Shown: positions 1-9,915 of the stretch, one piece after another | How the letters are laid out: each line of letters opens with the position of its first letter | Position numbering within the stretch: position 1 is the first letter of the stretch | Origin: an uncultured Chloroflexia bacterium | Lineage (GTDB): Bacteria; Chloroflexota; Limnocylindria; Limnocylindrales; CSP1-4 | NCBI GenBank assembly: GCA_963766735.1 | Contig: CAVYBU010000003.1 | Coordinates: forward strand, 325,587 to 389,586 | Direction of reading: 5' to 3' | Length of the DNA: 64,000 nucleotides | The notes under the pieces: generated by a model | The model's input: only the letters and a program-made list of their open reading frames with translations | Told to the model about the DNA's origin: nothing | Database searches by the model: none | Position numbers and translations under genes: made by a program

Positions 1-1786
1 TTCTGGGCAGGGGCGGTCGCGGCGATGGGCGGCCGGGACCTCGATGCCGTCACCGATGTCCTCCGCGAGCTGTCGCGCAAGGAGCTCGTGCGGCCCGCTC
101 GCCGCTCCTCATTCGAAGGCGAGGCCGAGTACGCGTTCTGGCATGTGCTCGCTCGCGACGTCGCCTACAACGCCCTCCCGCGGGCATCGCGAGCGGCTCG
201 CCACGTGGCCGCCGCCCGCTGGATCGAGTCGAAGACACCAGCCCGGGTCGAGGACCTCGCCGACGTCCTCGCCTACCACTACGGGACCGCACTCGAGCTG
301 GCCCGGGCCGACGGCCAGGCCGACGAGGCCGCCGAGCTCGCCGTTCCTGCGTTCCGGTTCCTGTCGCTCGCGGGAGAGCGGGCACTCGGGCTCGACACCG
401 ATGCCGCCGTCGCCAACCTCGACCGGGCGCTTGCCCTCGCACCTGCGGGGCATCCCGAGCGGCCGGCGGCTCTGCTGCGGTTCGGGGAGGCGGCCTGGCA
501 CGCCGGACGATACCCGGAGGCCACGGCGGCGCTCGAGGAGGCGGTCACCCTGTTTCGAACAGGAGGCGACCTCCAGGCCGCCGGGCTGGCGATGAACGTG
601 CTTGGCCGGGTGATGAACGATCTGGGTGACCCGCGCGCGTTCACCCTTCCCGGCGAGGCGGTCGTCCTCCTCGAACCGCTTGGGCCGTCGCCCGAGCTCG
701 TCACACTGCTGGCCGCGTGCGCGAGCGCGGCGTCCAACCAGGCCAGGAACCTCGACGCCATCCGGTATGCCGACCGGGCGCTCGCCCTCGCCGCAGACCT
801 CGGCCTTCCCGAGCCCGCGTTGGCCCTCGCGTGGCGGGGCTTCGCGAGGGCCGTGCTCGGTGACGCAAGGGGCATCGATGAGGTCCGTCGCGCGACCGTG
901 ATCGCCACTGCGGCCGAGGATGGGCCCACGATGGCCTGGGTCAGCCAGCTGCTCGGGTACCTGCTCTGGGTGTTCGAGGGTCCAGCCGCGTCTCTCGTGG
1001 TCATACGGGAGACGCTTGCCTTTGCCCGCGGGCGGGGTCTCGTCGGCGCCGCCGACGCGAGCCTTGTGAACGCACTGGACGCACTCGTGGACACGGGGGA
1101 GTTCGACGAGGCGCTCCGGGTCGCGTCCGATCTCGAGACGCGCCTCCACGATGCCGTCTTCGCGCTGATCGGTGCTCACGCCGCACGGGCCGAGATCGCC
1201 GCCGTCCGCGGACGCGGCGGCGACCGGGTCGCCTCGCTGGACCGGCTCGTCGCCCACGCCCGCAAAGGGGGTTCGCTGGACTGGCTCGTCATCGGCCTGG
1301 CATCAGCCGCGCTCGCCCACGTGTCGGTCGGCGATCCCGAGGCGGCGGTGCGCCTGCTGCATGAGATCGAGAGCACGCCCGCGACTCGCGAGAACTCCAA
1401 TTACGCCGCGTTTCTCCCGGCGATGGTCCGCGCCGCCCTGGCCGCGGGCGAGCCTGACTTGGCGAACCGCCTGGTCACAGGCCTCGAGGCACGGCATCCG
1501 TACGGGGCGCACGCGCTCGATCGCCGCAAACGCGACCCTCGCCGAGGCTCGCGGCGACCTTGCCGGTGCCGCAGAGGCATACTCGGACGCGGCGGGTCGA
1601 TGGGAGCGGTTCGGGGTCGTCCCGGAACAGGCGTTCGCGCTCCTCGGTCAGGGCCGGTGCCTCATCGACCTCCGCCGGCCGGCCGAGGCGTCACCCGTGC
1701 TCCACGAGGCCCGTGAGCTCTTCGCCCGGCTCGGTGCGGCCCCCGCCCTTGCAGAGACCGACGCGCTGCTCGAGACGATCGACTGA
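1..1786 (+). CDS. C-terminal part of a STAND/AAA ATPase-TPR protein (paralogue of the cyclase-AAA-TPR at 4313); 5' end outside window; frameshift near 1518
   Basis: 'EYAFWHVLARDVAYNALPRASRAARH' winged-helix motif followed by TPR-like helices; C-terminus continues in ORF 1172..1786 (IAANATLAEARGDL...LLETID*). Confidence 0.8.
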
Positions 1787-1875
1787 CGGCCGCTTCGCGG
1801 CTGGGGCGAAGTCAGCGCCGGGCCGGCAACGATGGATCCATGCTCGGTGGAAGCAGTCCTCCGGCTGCGTGATTG

Positions 1876-2067
1876 GAGCGGTGGAGGCTGATCCGGAATG
1901 GCAGTGCGCACGGGCAATATGCGGTTCCTGAGCACGAATCTCGTCGGGGGTGTGGCGCAACGGTGGCGCACGTGCTTTGGGAGTCCCCGGGGCCTATGCG
2001 GTGTAGGGTCGGTGCTCCTGAGCGTGGCGGCCCGAGCGGCGTAGGCACCGATCATTGGGGGCTACGC
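1876..2067 (+). repeat. Junction module J1: leader + tRNA-Pro 5' half (1945-1983) + ~85-bp element
   Basis: atgcggttcctgagcacga..cgggggtgtggcgcaacggtggcgcacgtgctttgggag|tccccggggcctatgcgg...gcgtaggcaccgatcattgggggctacgc. Confidence 0.9.
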
Positions 2068-2274
2068 GACCACGGCTCCGGTCCCAACACCAGCCGGTCG
2101 GTGGCCCGGTCGTAGAGGGCGATTGAGGCGGCTTCGGCCTCGAACACCGCTGCAGTGACATCCACCACCGAGTGCAGGACGGCACGCGCTGCCCGCCTCG
2201 AGGCGCCGCGCAGTTTCGGCGCGCATGGCGATCTCCCGCAGCAGCTGGAGCGTCTCCGGGCCAAGGGTCCTCAT
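2068..2274 (-). pseudogene. Truncated N-terminal fragment of a GAF-domain sensor protein, cut next to J1
   Basis: MRTLGPETLQLLREIA...(frameshift)AVLHSVVDVTAAVFEAEAASIALYDRATDRLVL is a typical GAF start; it stops inside J1. Confidence 0.6.
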
Positions 2275-2295
2275 TTCGGGATCACTCCCGGCCGG

Positions 2296-2994
2296 TCACC
2301 GTTCCGCTGCTCGCTCCAGGCGGGCGACATCCGGGATGATCAGCGTGTCTCGTTCGATCAGCAGCAGGCCGCGCGCTGTCATGTCCGCGAGCAGGCGGTT
2401 CACCGACTGGCGCGTCCCGCCGATCATGGCCGCGAGGTCGCTCTGCGTGTACGGCCAATCCAGACGGACTCCCAGCGAGCTGTCGGGTTGGGCCTCGTGG
2501 GCGAGCCGGACGATGCGGCTGGCCAGCCGCCCCGGCAGGTCGAGGAAGAGCAGCTCCTCAACGTGGGTGGTCAGCCGCCGCAACTCCGTCACGAGTGCTG
2601 CGAACAGGGCCTTCCTCAGCAGCGGATTGGTTGCCACCAGGTCCTCGAAGCGGCGGCGGCTCAGAACCAGGGCTTCGGTTGGCTCCATGGCGACGGCCGT
2701 CGCCGAGTGTGGCGCGCCGTCGAGCAGCGCGAGCTCTCCGAAGAAGTCACCGCGCGAGAGCGTGGCGATGATGGCGTCGTCCTCGGAATCCGGGTTGGAC
2801 AGTACGATCTTCACCGAGCCTGACTCGACGATGTAGAGCGATTCGCCGGGGTCGCCCTGGTGGAAGATGGTCTCGTGCTTCCGGTAGCGGCGCACGCGGA
2901 GCGTTCCGGCGCACAGCGCCAGGGTCTCCTCGTCGACCCGGTCGAACAGCGCACAGCTTCGGAGCGCCTCGATCGCGACGCTGGCCTCGGTCAT
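2296..2994 (-). CDS. Crp/Fnr family transcriptional regulator
   Basis: cNMP-binding motifs 'IFHQGDPGESLYIVESGSVKI' and 'FFGELALLDGAPHSATAVA'; HTH 'TQSDLAAMIGGTRQSVNRLL'; GAGAAGGA RBS before ATG 2994. Confidence 0.93.
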   Translation of the reverse strand: MTEASVAIEALRSCALFDRVDEETLALCAGTLRVRRYRKHETIFHQGDPGESLYIVESGSVKIVLSNPDSEDDAIIATLSRGDFFGELALLDGAPHSATAVAMEPTEALVLSRRRFEDLVATNPLLRKALFAALVTELRRLTTHVEELLFLDLPGRLASRIVRLAHEAQPDSSLGVRLDWPYTQSDLAAMIGGTRQSVNRLLADMTARGLLLIERDTLIIPDVARLERAAER

Positions 2995-3075
2995 CGGTCC
3001 TTCTCCTCGCGACGGCCCGGCGTGAACGCATGGTCCATCGTAGTGCGCCGGCCGGGCGCCGGGGAGGAGAAGCGA

Positions 3076-3102
3076 GAGGCGGCGCCGATCTGGCGCCGCC
3101 TC
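3076..3102 (-). terminator. Hairpin downstream of the repeat-peptide gene
   Basis: gaggcggcgcc-gatct-ggcgccgcctc, a perfect 11-bp stem with a pyrimidine-rich tail on the minus strand. Confidence 0.55.
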
Positions 3103-3167
3103 CTGTTCAACTGGTGGGGTGGGACGTGATGACGCCCGTCGTGCCTCCCAGACCCATGCGCGGACGA

Positions 3168-3452
3168 TCAGGAAATGGCTTTCTTCATGTGGGCCTCGAC
3201 GTCGTCCTCGGTCGCCGACGGGGCCTTCTTCATGCCCTCGGGCTGGACGGGCTTGTCCTCGAACCCGATGGCCTTCTTCATGTGGGCCTCGACGTCGTCC
3301 TCGGTCGCCGACGGGGCCTTCTTCATGCCCTCGGGCTGGACGGGCTTGTCCTCGAACCCGATGGCCTTCTTCATGTGGGCCTCGACGTCGTCCTCGGTCG
3401 CCGACGGGGCCTTCTTCATGCCCTCGGGCTGGACGGGCTTGTCCTCTGACAT
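3168..3452 (-). CDS. 94-aa peptide made of three 31-aa repeats (EDKPVQPEGMKKAPSATEDDVEAHMKKAIGF)
   Basis: AGGAG RBS upstream, GC3-rich codons, downstream hairpin. Confidence 0.75.
   Translation of the reverse strand: MSEDKPVQPEGMKKAPSATEDDVEAHMKKAIGFEDKPVQPEGMKKAPSATEDDVEAHMKKAIGFEDKPVQPEGMKKAPSATEDDVEAHMKKAIS
3175..3446. repeat. Tandem repeat, 93-bp period, ~2.9 near-identical copies
   Basis: atggc(c/t)ttcttcatgtgggcc units start at 3175, 3268 and 3361. Confidence 0.95.
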
Positions 3453-3714
3453 CTTCTTGCTCCTGTGCTTCCATGGCCTGGTCCATCGCCTTGACCGGAC
3501 CCGTCCTGATCCCCGCGGCGACCTGAGTCCAGCACCGCGGACGCCGCCTCCAGTGTCGTCATGACAACATCAGAAACCAACTCTGGAGGGCCCGCTGGAG
3601 CACCGGCTCATGCTTCGAGGCTGAACCCTGACGACGGATCAACTGCCTGCTTGACGGCCTGCTTCTCGTACGGCGCTTCGCCCCGAACCCCGGCTCAGGT
3701 GCCTGGAGCTCGAA

Positions 3715-3990
3715 CTACCTTGAACGGGCCAGCTTGACGCTGAGCTTCGGGTTCCGACGCTGAGCTTTGGGTTCCTGGGCATCGAGCTCGCTTTGACGGG
3801 CCTGCTGCGCCTCGAACTCCTGCGCGCGCGCCCGGAGGTCGCGCCGGAGTTCGGCTTCCCGCACCCGGCCCAGGTCCTGGACGACCCCCGGGTGCGGGAA
3901 CATGGAGCTACCTTCGGTGTCCTTCTGATCTTCGTTCGTGCGCGTGGCCCTCTCGCGTCCCAGTTCGTCGTCCTTCGGATCGCCCATCAT
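3715..3990 (-). CDS. Small charged protein with a DTEGSSM motif and a coiled tail
   Basis: MMGDPKDDELGRE...KDTEGSSMFPHPGVVQDLGRVREAELRR; GGGAGAAGG RBS. Confidence 0.6.
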   Translation of the reverse strand: MMGDPKDDELGRERATRTNEDQKDTEGSSMFPHPGVVQDLGRVREAELRRDLRARAQEFEAQQARQSELDAQEPKAQRRNPKLSVKLARSR

Positions 3991-4312
3991 CCTTCTCCCG
4001 TCCGAAACCCTTGCGGCTGATCGGACCTGCGTTGCGATCGAACTGGGATCATCCTGGGCCGCGGACCCCGCGGCGTCTAGTGCTCGAGGTGACATTGATG
4101 GGGTCATTCGGTGGACATGCCTCCCGGGCCGCGGGCATCTTCAGGGTCCCCGACGAGGCTCGCTGGACGGCGCTCAGGGTCGGCACGCCGCAGCCGGGGA
4201 GCCGTTCGCAGGGAACGCGGGAGCCGTTCGACGCTGGCACACCCGCAGGCCGCCCCGTATCCTCAGGCACCGCTCCCGCTGGGCGAACCGCGACCCGGAG
4301 GTCCTCGCCGTC

Positions 4313-7300
4313 ATGACCTGCTCGAGTTGCGGCACCGAGAACGAGGCGGGTCGCAAGTTCTGCACCGAGTGCGCCACCCCGCTCTCGGCCTCGTGCCCGG
4401 CGTGCGGCACCGCCAACCCGCCCGGCGCCAAGTTCTGCGGCGAGTGCGCGACGCCGCTCGTCCGCGCCCGTCCGGCGCGCGGCCGACCGTGCCGCGGGAC
4501 CCGGCGGCCCGGGGCGCACGCCATCCGGCAGCCCCGTGCCCGTCGCCGAGCGCCGGCTGGTGTCGCGTCCTGTTCGCCGACCTCGTGGGCTTCACGCCGT
4601 TCGCCGAGGAGCGCGACGCGGAGGAGGTGCGCGAGACGCTGACGCGGTACTTCGACCTCGCGAGCGGACGTGATCGGCCGGTACGGCGGCACGGTCGAGA
4701 AGTTCATCGGCGACGCCGTCATGGCCGTCTGGGGAGCGCCCATCGCGCACGAGGACGATGCCGAGCGGGCCGTGCGCGCCGCGCTGGAGCTGCGTGGACG
4801 CCGTCCGCGCGCTGGGCCCCGGGATCGCAGGCCCGTGCCGGGGTCCTCACCGGCGAGGCGGCGGTCACCCTCGGGCGCCACCAACCAGGGGATGGTCGCG
4901 GGCGACATCGTCAACACCGCCTCCCGGCTCCAGTCGGTCGCGGCGCCGGGCACCGTGCTCGTGGGCGAGGCGACGGAGCGGGCCGCGTCGCGCGCGATCG
5001 CCTTCGAGCCGGCCGGCGAGCACGCGCTCAAGGGGAAGGCGGCACCCGTCCCCGCCTGGCGCGCCCTGCGCGTCGTCGCCGAGCGCGGTGGCCGCAACCG
5101 GAGCGACGCCCTCGAGGCGCCGTTCGTCGGCCGGGACGAGGAGCTCCGCCTGCTCAAGGACCTGTTCCATGCCACCGGGCGGGAGCGCCGTCCGCGCCTG
5201 GTGAGCGTCATCGGGCCGGGCGGCATCGGCAAGAGCCGCCTCGCCTGGGAGTTCGCGAAGTACCTCGACGGCCTCGTGGAGCCGGTCTGGTGGCACGCGG
5301 GGCGCTCGCCCGCCTATGGCGACGGGATCACCTTCTGGGCGCTGGGCGAGATGGTCCGGGGCGGGCCGGGCTGGCCGAGGCCGACGACGAGGCGACCACG
5401 CGGGCACGGATCGCCGAGACCGTGCGGACCACGTGCAGCGATCCTGCCGAGCGGCGCTGGATCGAGCCCGCGCTGCTGGCGCTGCTGGGGGTCGACGACC
5501 GGGTTCGGGCCGGACGAGCTGTTCGCCGCCTGGCGCACGTTCTTCGAGCGGCTGGCGGCGAACGCCCCCGTGGTCATGGTGTTCGAGGACCTCCAGCACG
5601 CGGATCACGGGCTGCTCGACTTCATCGACCACCTGATGGAGTGGAGCCGGGGGGTGCCGATCATGATGGTCACGCCTCGCCCGGCCGGAGCTGCTCGACC
5701 GGCGCCCCGACTGGGGCGCGGGCAAGCGCTCGTTCACCTCGATCCACCTCGAGCCCCTCTCGCCGGCCGACATGGAGCGCCTGCTCGCGGGCCTGGTGCC
5801 CGGCCTGCCGGCCAGGCCGCCGCGGCCATCGTGGCGCGAGCGGACGGCGTGCCGCTGTACGCGGTCGAGACCGTCCGGATGCTCCTCGCCCAGGGACGCC
5901 TGGTGCTCGAGGACGGGGTGTGCCGGCCCGTTGGGACCCTCGACGAGGTCGCGGTGCCCGAGACGCTCACCGCCCTCATCGCGGCGCGCCTCGACGGCCT
6001 GGACCCGGCCGACCGGGCGCTGGTCTCCGATGCCGCGGTCCTGGGCCAGGCGTTCAGCGTGCCGGGCCTCGCGGCGGTCGCAAACCAGGCGAGGCCGAGC
6101 TCGAGCCCAGGCTCCGGGAGCTCGTCCGGCGCGAGCTGCTCACGCTCGACGTCGACCCCCGCTCGCCCGAGCGCGGCCAGTACGCGTTCGTGCAGGCGCT
6201 CATCCGGGAGGTCGCGTACCACACGCTCGCGCGGCGGGACCGCACGCTCCGCCACCTCGCGGCGGCCCGCTACTTCGAGAGCCTCGGAGCAGACGAGCTC
6301 GCGGGCGCCCTCGCGGGCCACTACCTCTCGGCGTACCGGAACACCCAGCCCGGTCCCGAGGCCGATGCGCTCGCCGCCCAGGCCCGGGTCGCGCTCCGGG
6401 CCGCCGCCGACCGGGCCACCGCGCTCGGCTCGCACGCGCAGGCGGTCGGCTTCCTCGAGCAGGCCCTGGAGATCACGACCGATCCCGCCGACCGGGCACA
6501 GCTCCACGCGAGCGCGCTCGCCGCCGCGGGCGAGGACCTCGACCTCGCGGCCGTGGAGCGCCACGCGGAGGCCGCGGTCGCGGAGCGGCGGCGAACCGAG
6601 GACCGGGAGACCATCGCCCAGGCGATCGCCGACCGGGCGTACCTGATCAACGTCTCGCTCTGGGACCCGGCGCGCTCGCTCGCGATCGCCTCCGAGGCCT
6701 GGGAGGAGTTCTCGGACCTCGAGCAGACCCCGGCCGGTGTCGCGCTGATGGCGGCGCTCGCGTGGTCGTACCTGGTTCTCGACGACATCGCCCAAGCGAT
6801 GTCCTGGTTCGACCGACTCCTGCCGATCGCGGAGCGGCTCGGGCTCCTCGAGGCGACGGCGGGGGGCATCCTCGGGCGGGGCGAGTCACTGCTCGTCGCG
6901 GGCCGACCTCGGGAGGGCATGGTCCTGCTGCGCGGGGCCCACCAGCTCGCCCTCGCGTACGACCTGCGCGACCGCGAGCTCGAGGGCCCGGATCCTCATG
7001 ACCGCCAATGAGCAGTGGGGCGAGCCCGCTGTGGGCCTCGCGCTTGCCCGCGAGGGGCTCGAGATCGGCCGGCGCCGCGGGTCCCGCCTGTACGGATCCT
7101 GGATGGTCGGGAACGGCTGCGCCTGCGCGCTGCGCACCGGCGACTGGGACTGGGCCGCGGGGCTGCTCGATGAGTGGCTGGTCATCGAGTCCACCGAGAT
7201 CAGACGGGCCGAGTTCTTCGTTGACCGCGCGATCCTCCGCTCGCACCGGGGCGAGGACCCGACCGGGGACCTCGCGGAGGCGGCCCGGATCCTGGGCGAG

Positions 7301-7831
7301 GGCCGAAACACCTGGACAGAGCTCGGGTCCTGGGAACTCCTGGCCGGGGCATGGGCCGCGTTCGCCGGCGGCCGTCCCGACGAGGTCCGCCGGCTCGTGG
7401 AGCGCGCGGCCGAGCTGACGAGAACCCTCGCCCCGATCGCATACCCGCTCCTCGTCCGGAGTGCGCTGTGGGCCGGTGACGCCGAGGGGGCCGCCTCCGC
7501 GCTCGCCTCGATGGAGGCCTCGGGATACCTCGGCGCGGCCCTCGCGGCCGACCGTCTCGTCGCCCGGGCCGGGATCGATGCCCTCGAGGGCCGCGGCCCG
7601 GCCGCGCTGGCCGGGTACCGCGAGGCGCTCCGCGCCTACCGCAAGCTCGGGCTCGCCTTCGACGAGGCGGCGGCAGCCGTGGACATGGCGGTCCTCCTGC
7701 CGTCCCCGGAGCGCGGCGCCTCCGACTTCGGGACGGCGATCGGGGCCGCCCGCGACACGCTCGAGCGTCTCGGCGCGCGCCCTTTCCTCGCCCGGCTCGA
7801 CGCGGCTCGCACGAAGCAACCGACCGGGTGA
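4313..7831 (+). CDS. Double zinc ribbon - class III adenylate/guanylate cyclase - AAA ATPase - TPR protein (multiple frameshifts)
   Basis: MTCSSCGTEN..FCTECA..CPACGTAN..FCGECA; 'VLFADLVGFT'; 'VEKFIGDAVMAVWG'; 'GDIVNTASRLQS'; Walker A 'GPGGIGKS'; 'VFEDLQHAD'; TPR-like C-terminus, pieced together from several frames. Confidence 0.9.
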
Positions 7832-7902
7832 GCGACAGGCTCCCCGGCCGGGGGCAAGGCCGCGACGGTCTGTCAATGCTGGTGGTCGTGCGCCGCGAGC
7901 GC

Positions 7903-8087
7903 CGCAGGGTAGGCTTCCGGGTGTCGCTCGCGAAGCAGATGCGCTTCCTGAGCACGAGCTTCGTCGGGGCGTGGCGCAACGGTGGCGCACGTGCTTTGGG
8001 AGTCCCCGGGGCCTATGCGGTGTAGGGTCGGCCCGTGCCGAGCACGAACCGCCGAGCGGCGTAGGCGCCGATTATTAGGGGCTACGC
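7903..8087 (+). repeat. Junction module J2 (tRNA-Pro 5' half 7965-8002)
   Basis: TAGGCT 7910; atgcgcttcctgagcacga; tRNA half identical to 23890-23927; element ends gcgtaggcgccgattattaggggctacgc. Confidence 0.92.
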
Positions 8088-8788
8088 GAGTTCAAATTGT
8101 GCCCAGTCGGTCCACCGAAACGGCCCGGACCGGGATGGACGTCGAGTCGTCCTGGGCGCCCGAGAGTTGCCCCCTACAGGCTGGAGAGGACGACCATCAG
8201 GGCAAGGACGAAGACAATTCCTGACAGTTCGAGTGCGAACCCCAGGCGCAGCCGACGGACCGTGTCGGCGCGCCCAGCGGCGACCCGTGCCTCTGTCGGG
8301 ACTGCCCACAGGGCATCGTCGCCGGCCAGCCGCCGGGCTGCCGGGCTCGTGATGAGCCCCCCAACGGCGAAGATGGCGACCGTGACAGCGATCGCAGCGA
8401 GCCAAACGATCCCGTACTGGCTGCTAAGCGCGTCGATAGATCGTATCGGTCCGAAGACCGTTCCCCGCACGACCCCCAAGACGACGGCGAGCAGGGCCGC
8501 ACCGATCAGAAGCCGTTCCGGGCCGAGGATCACGGTTCGGACGAGGTCGCGCTGGCGTTCGATCGGCTGCCCGAAGACGAACGGCAGCAAGACGAGGCTG
8601 GCGAACACGGATGCGCCCAGCCACGCGGCTCCGCCGAGGATGTGGAGGAACTGGACGAGCGCGAGCCCGTAGTCCATGTGGCTCTCCGATGCGGACCGGT
8701 AGTTCGGCATTCGTATGTATGAGGCGGTCAGGCTGCCACGTCAACAGGAGGGCGGCTTTCAGGACGAACCAGGCTCGGCGGAGCCCGG
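8088..8788. repeat. Cassette C2 (701 bp), duplicated at 17905-18605
   Basis: Same length and ends (gagttca.attgtgccc ... ggcggagcccgg); about a dozen substitutions by eye. Confidence 0.93.
8174..8677 (-). CDS. Four-TM membrane protein (CopD/DUF2269-like)
   Basis: MDYGLALVQFLHILGGAAWLGASVF pattern; GGAGAG RBS; four hydrophobic segments. Confidence 0.75.
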   Translation of the reverse strand: MDYGLALVQFLHILGGAAWLGASVFASLVLLPFVFGQPIERQRDLVRTVILGPERLLIGAALLAVVLGVVRGTVFGPIRSIDALSSQYGIVWLAAIAVTVAIFAVGGLITSPAARRLAGDDALWAVPTEARVAAGRADTVRRLRLGFALELSGIVFVLALMVVLSSL

Positions 8789-8980
8789 GAGCGCTGTAGG
8801 CTAGTCTTCTGATCGTCGTTCGGAGGCAGCACATGCGCTTCCTGAGCACGAAACCAGTCGGGGCGTGGCGCAACGGTGGCGCACGTGCTTTGGGAGTCCC
8901 CGGGGCGTATGCGGGGTAGGGTCGGCCCTGCCGAGCACGAGCGGACGAGCGGCGTAGGCACCGATTATTAGGGGCTACGC
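8789..8980 (+). repeat. Junction module J3 (tRNA-Pro 5' half 8859-8896)
   Basis: Leader gagcgctgtaggctagtcttctg nearly identical to the leader of the intact tRNA; tRNA half; element. Confidence 0.93.
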
Positions 8981-9217
8981 CAGCACGGACCGGTGACCTG
9001 GCCGTTCCGGCCGTCGAGGGCTCTGACGCTCGAACGGCCCGTCCCATTGGCGGCTTGGCCGAGGCTGGACCCGGATCGGGACGCCACCGAGCGCCTCACG
9101 CTGACTCGGCTGTGGCGGTGGGGGATCAGGTTCCGGTCGGTGACGATGACGTAGACCGCTCGCTGACTCTGGTTCGACGATGGAAGAGTTCAGCTCAACG
9201 CAAGGTCCGCGGCTCGG

Positions 9218-9619
9218 TCACGGGCATGCGTCGTCGGCAGGCTGGTTCGGGGCGGTGGGTTGGGTGCAGCCCATCAGGGCCGCGTGGTACCCATCCGCTT
9301 GGCTGACGAGAAGGATGGCGTCGGGCATTCCAGTCCCGGATGCCAGCAGCGCCGGCTGGCCCTGCGCGTTCACGTGCTCGGCGGCATGCATGGTCCAGGA
9401 CGATACCGGTCCGCCGGTCGATGCGGCATAGGCCACCGCCCGCCGTTGCAGCGCTTGACAGCGTTCGAGCGGCAGCGACAGACCGGCGCAATCGATCTCC
9501 GGTCCGATCCTCCAGCCCTCGACCGCGGCGGGTCGCCCGATCGTGGAACAGGCCAGAACGGCCGCCGTCGCAAGCGTGAGGCCCGCGATGCGGGCCGAGG
9601 ATCGCCTCACCCGTGTCAT
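9218..9619 (-). CDS. Hypothetical lipoprotein
   Basis: MTRVRRSSARIAGLTLATAAVLAC lipobox; paired Cys. Confidence 0.55.
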   Translation of the reverse strand: MTRVRRSSARIAGLTLATAAVLACSTIGRPAAVEGWRIGPEIDCAGLSLPLERCQALQRRAVAYAASTGGPVSSWTMHAAEHVNAQGQPALLASGTGMPDAILLVSQADGYHAALMGCTQPTAPNQPADDACP

Positions 9620-9915
9620 GACGCGATGCTCGCACGGCTCGATCACGGAGACAAGGCTTGCAGGCCCACGCGGCGCCCGGAACTCCAGCCTGGCGTTCTT
9701 GGCCGCCCAAGCACCTCGGAGTCTACGTGTCAGGACCCCACGGGACCCTGGGGACGCTCCGTCGCCGACCGCCTCTCGCGTGGCTCCGGCCTTCACCGGG
9801 CTCACGGATCCTCGCCGGTCTTGGCGTGTAAGAACCGCCGATCTCCCGTGTCGTGAAGACAGGGACACGGGACGGGCTCCGGAGAGTGAGCCGCCGGGAC
9901 CCCGGAGGACCAGAG

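Noticed and set aside
3175-3446. 93-bp repeat as a CRISPR or non-coding repeat
   Set aside because: No unique spacers; the period is a multiple of three within an ORF that has an RBS
2296-3486. 396-aa ORF joining the repeat region to Crp
   Set aside because: The N-terminal part is an off-frame reading of the peptide repeat; Crp has its own RBS at 2994 and a hairpin lies between the two genes
7903-8980. Junction elements as classical integron attC sites
   Set aside because: No RYYYAAC/GTTRRRY ends and no intI; cassettes are multigenic, in both orientations, and tied to a tRNA half
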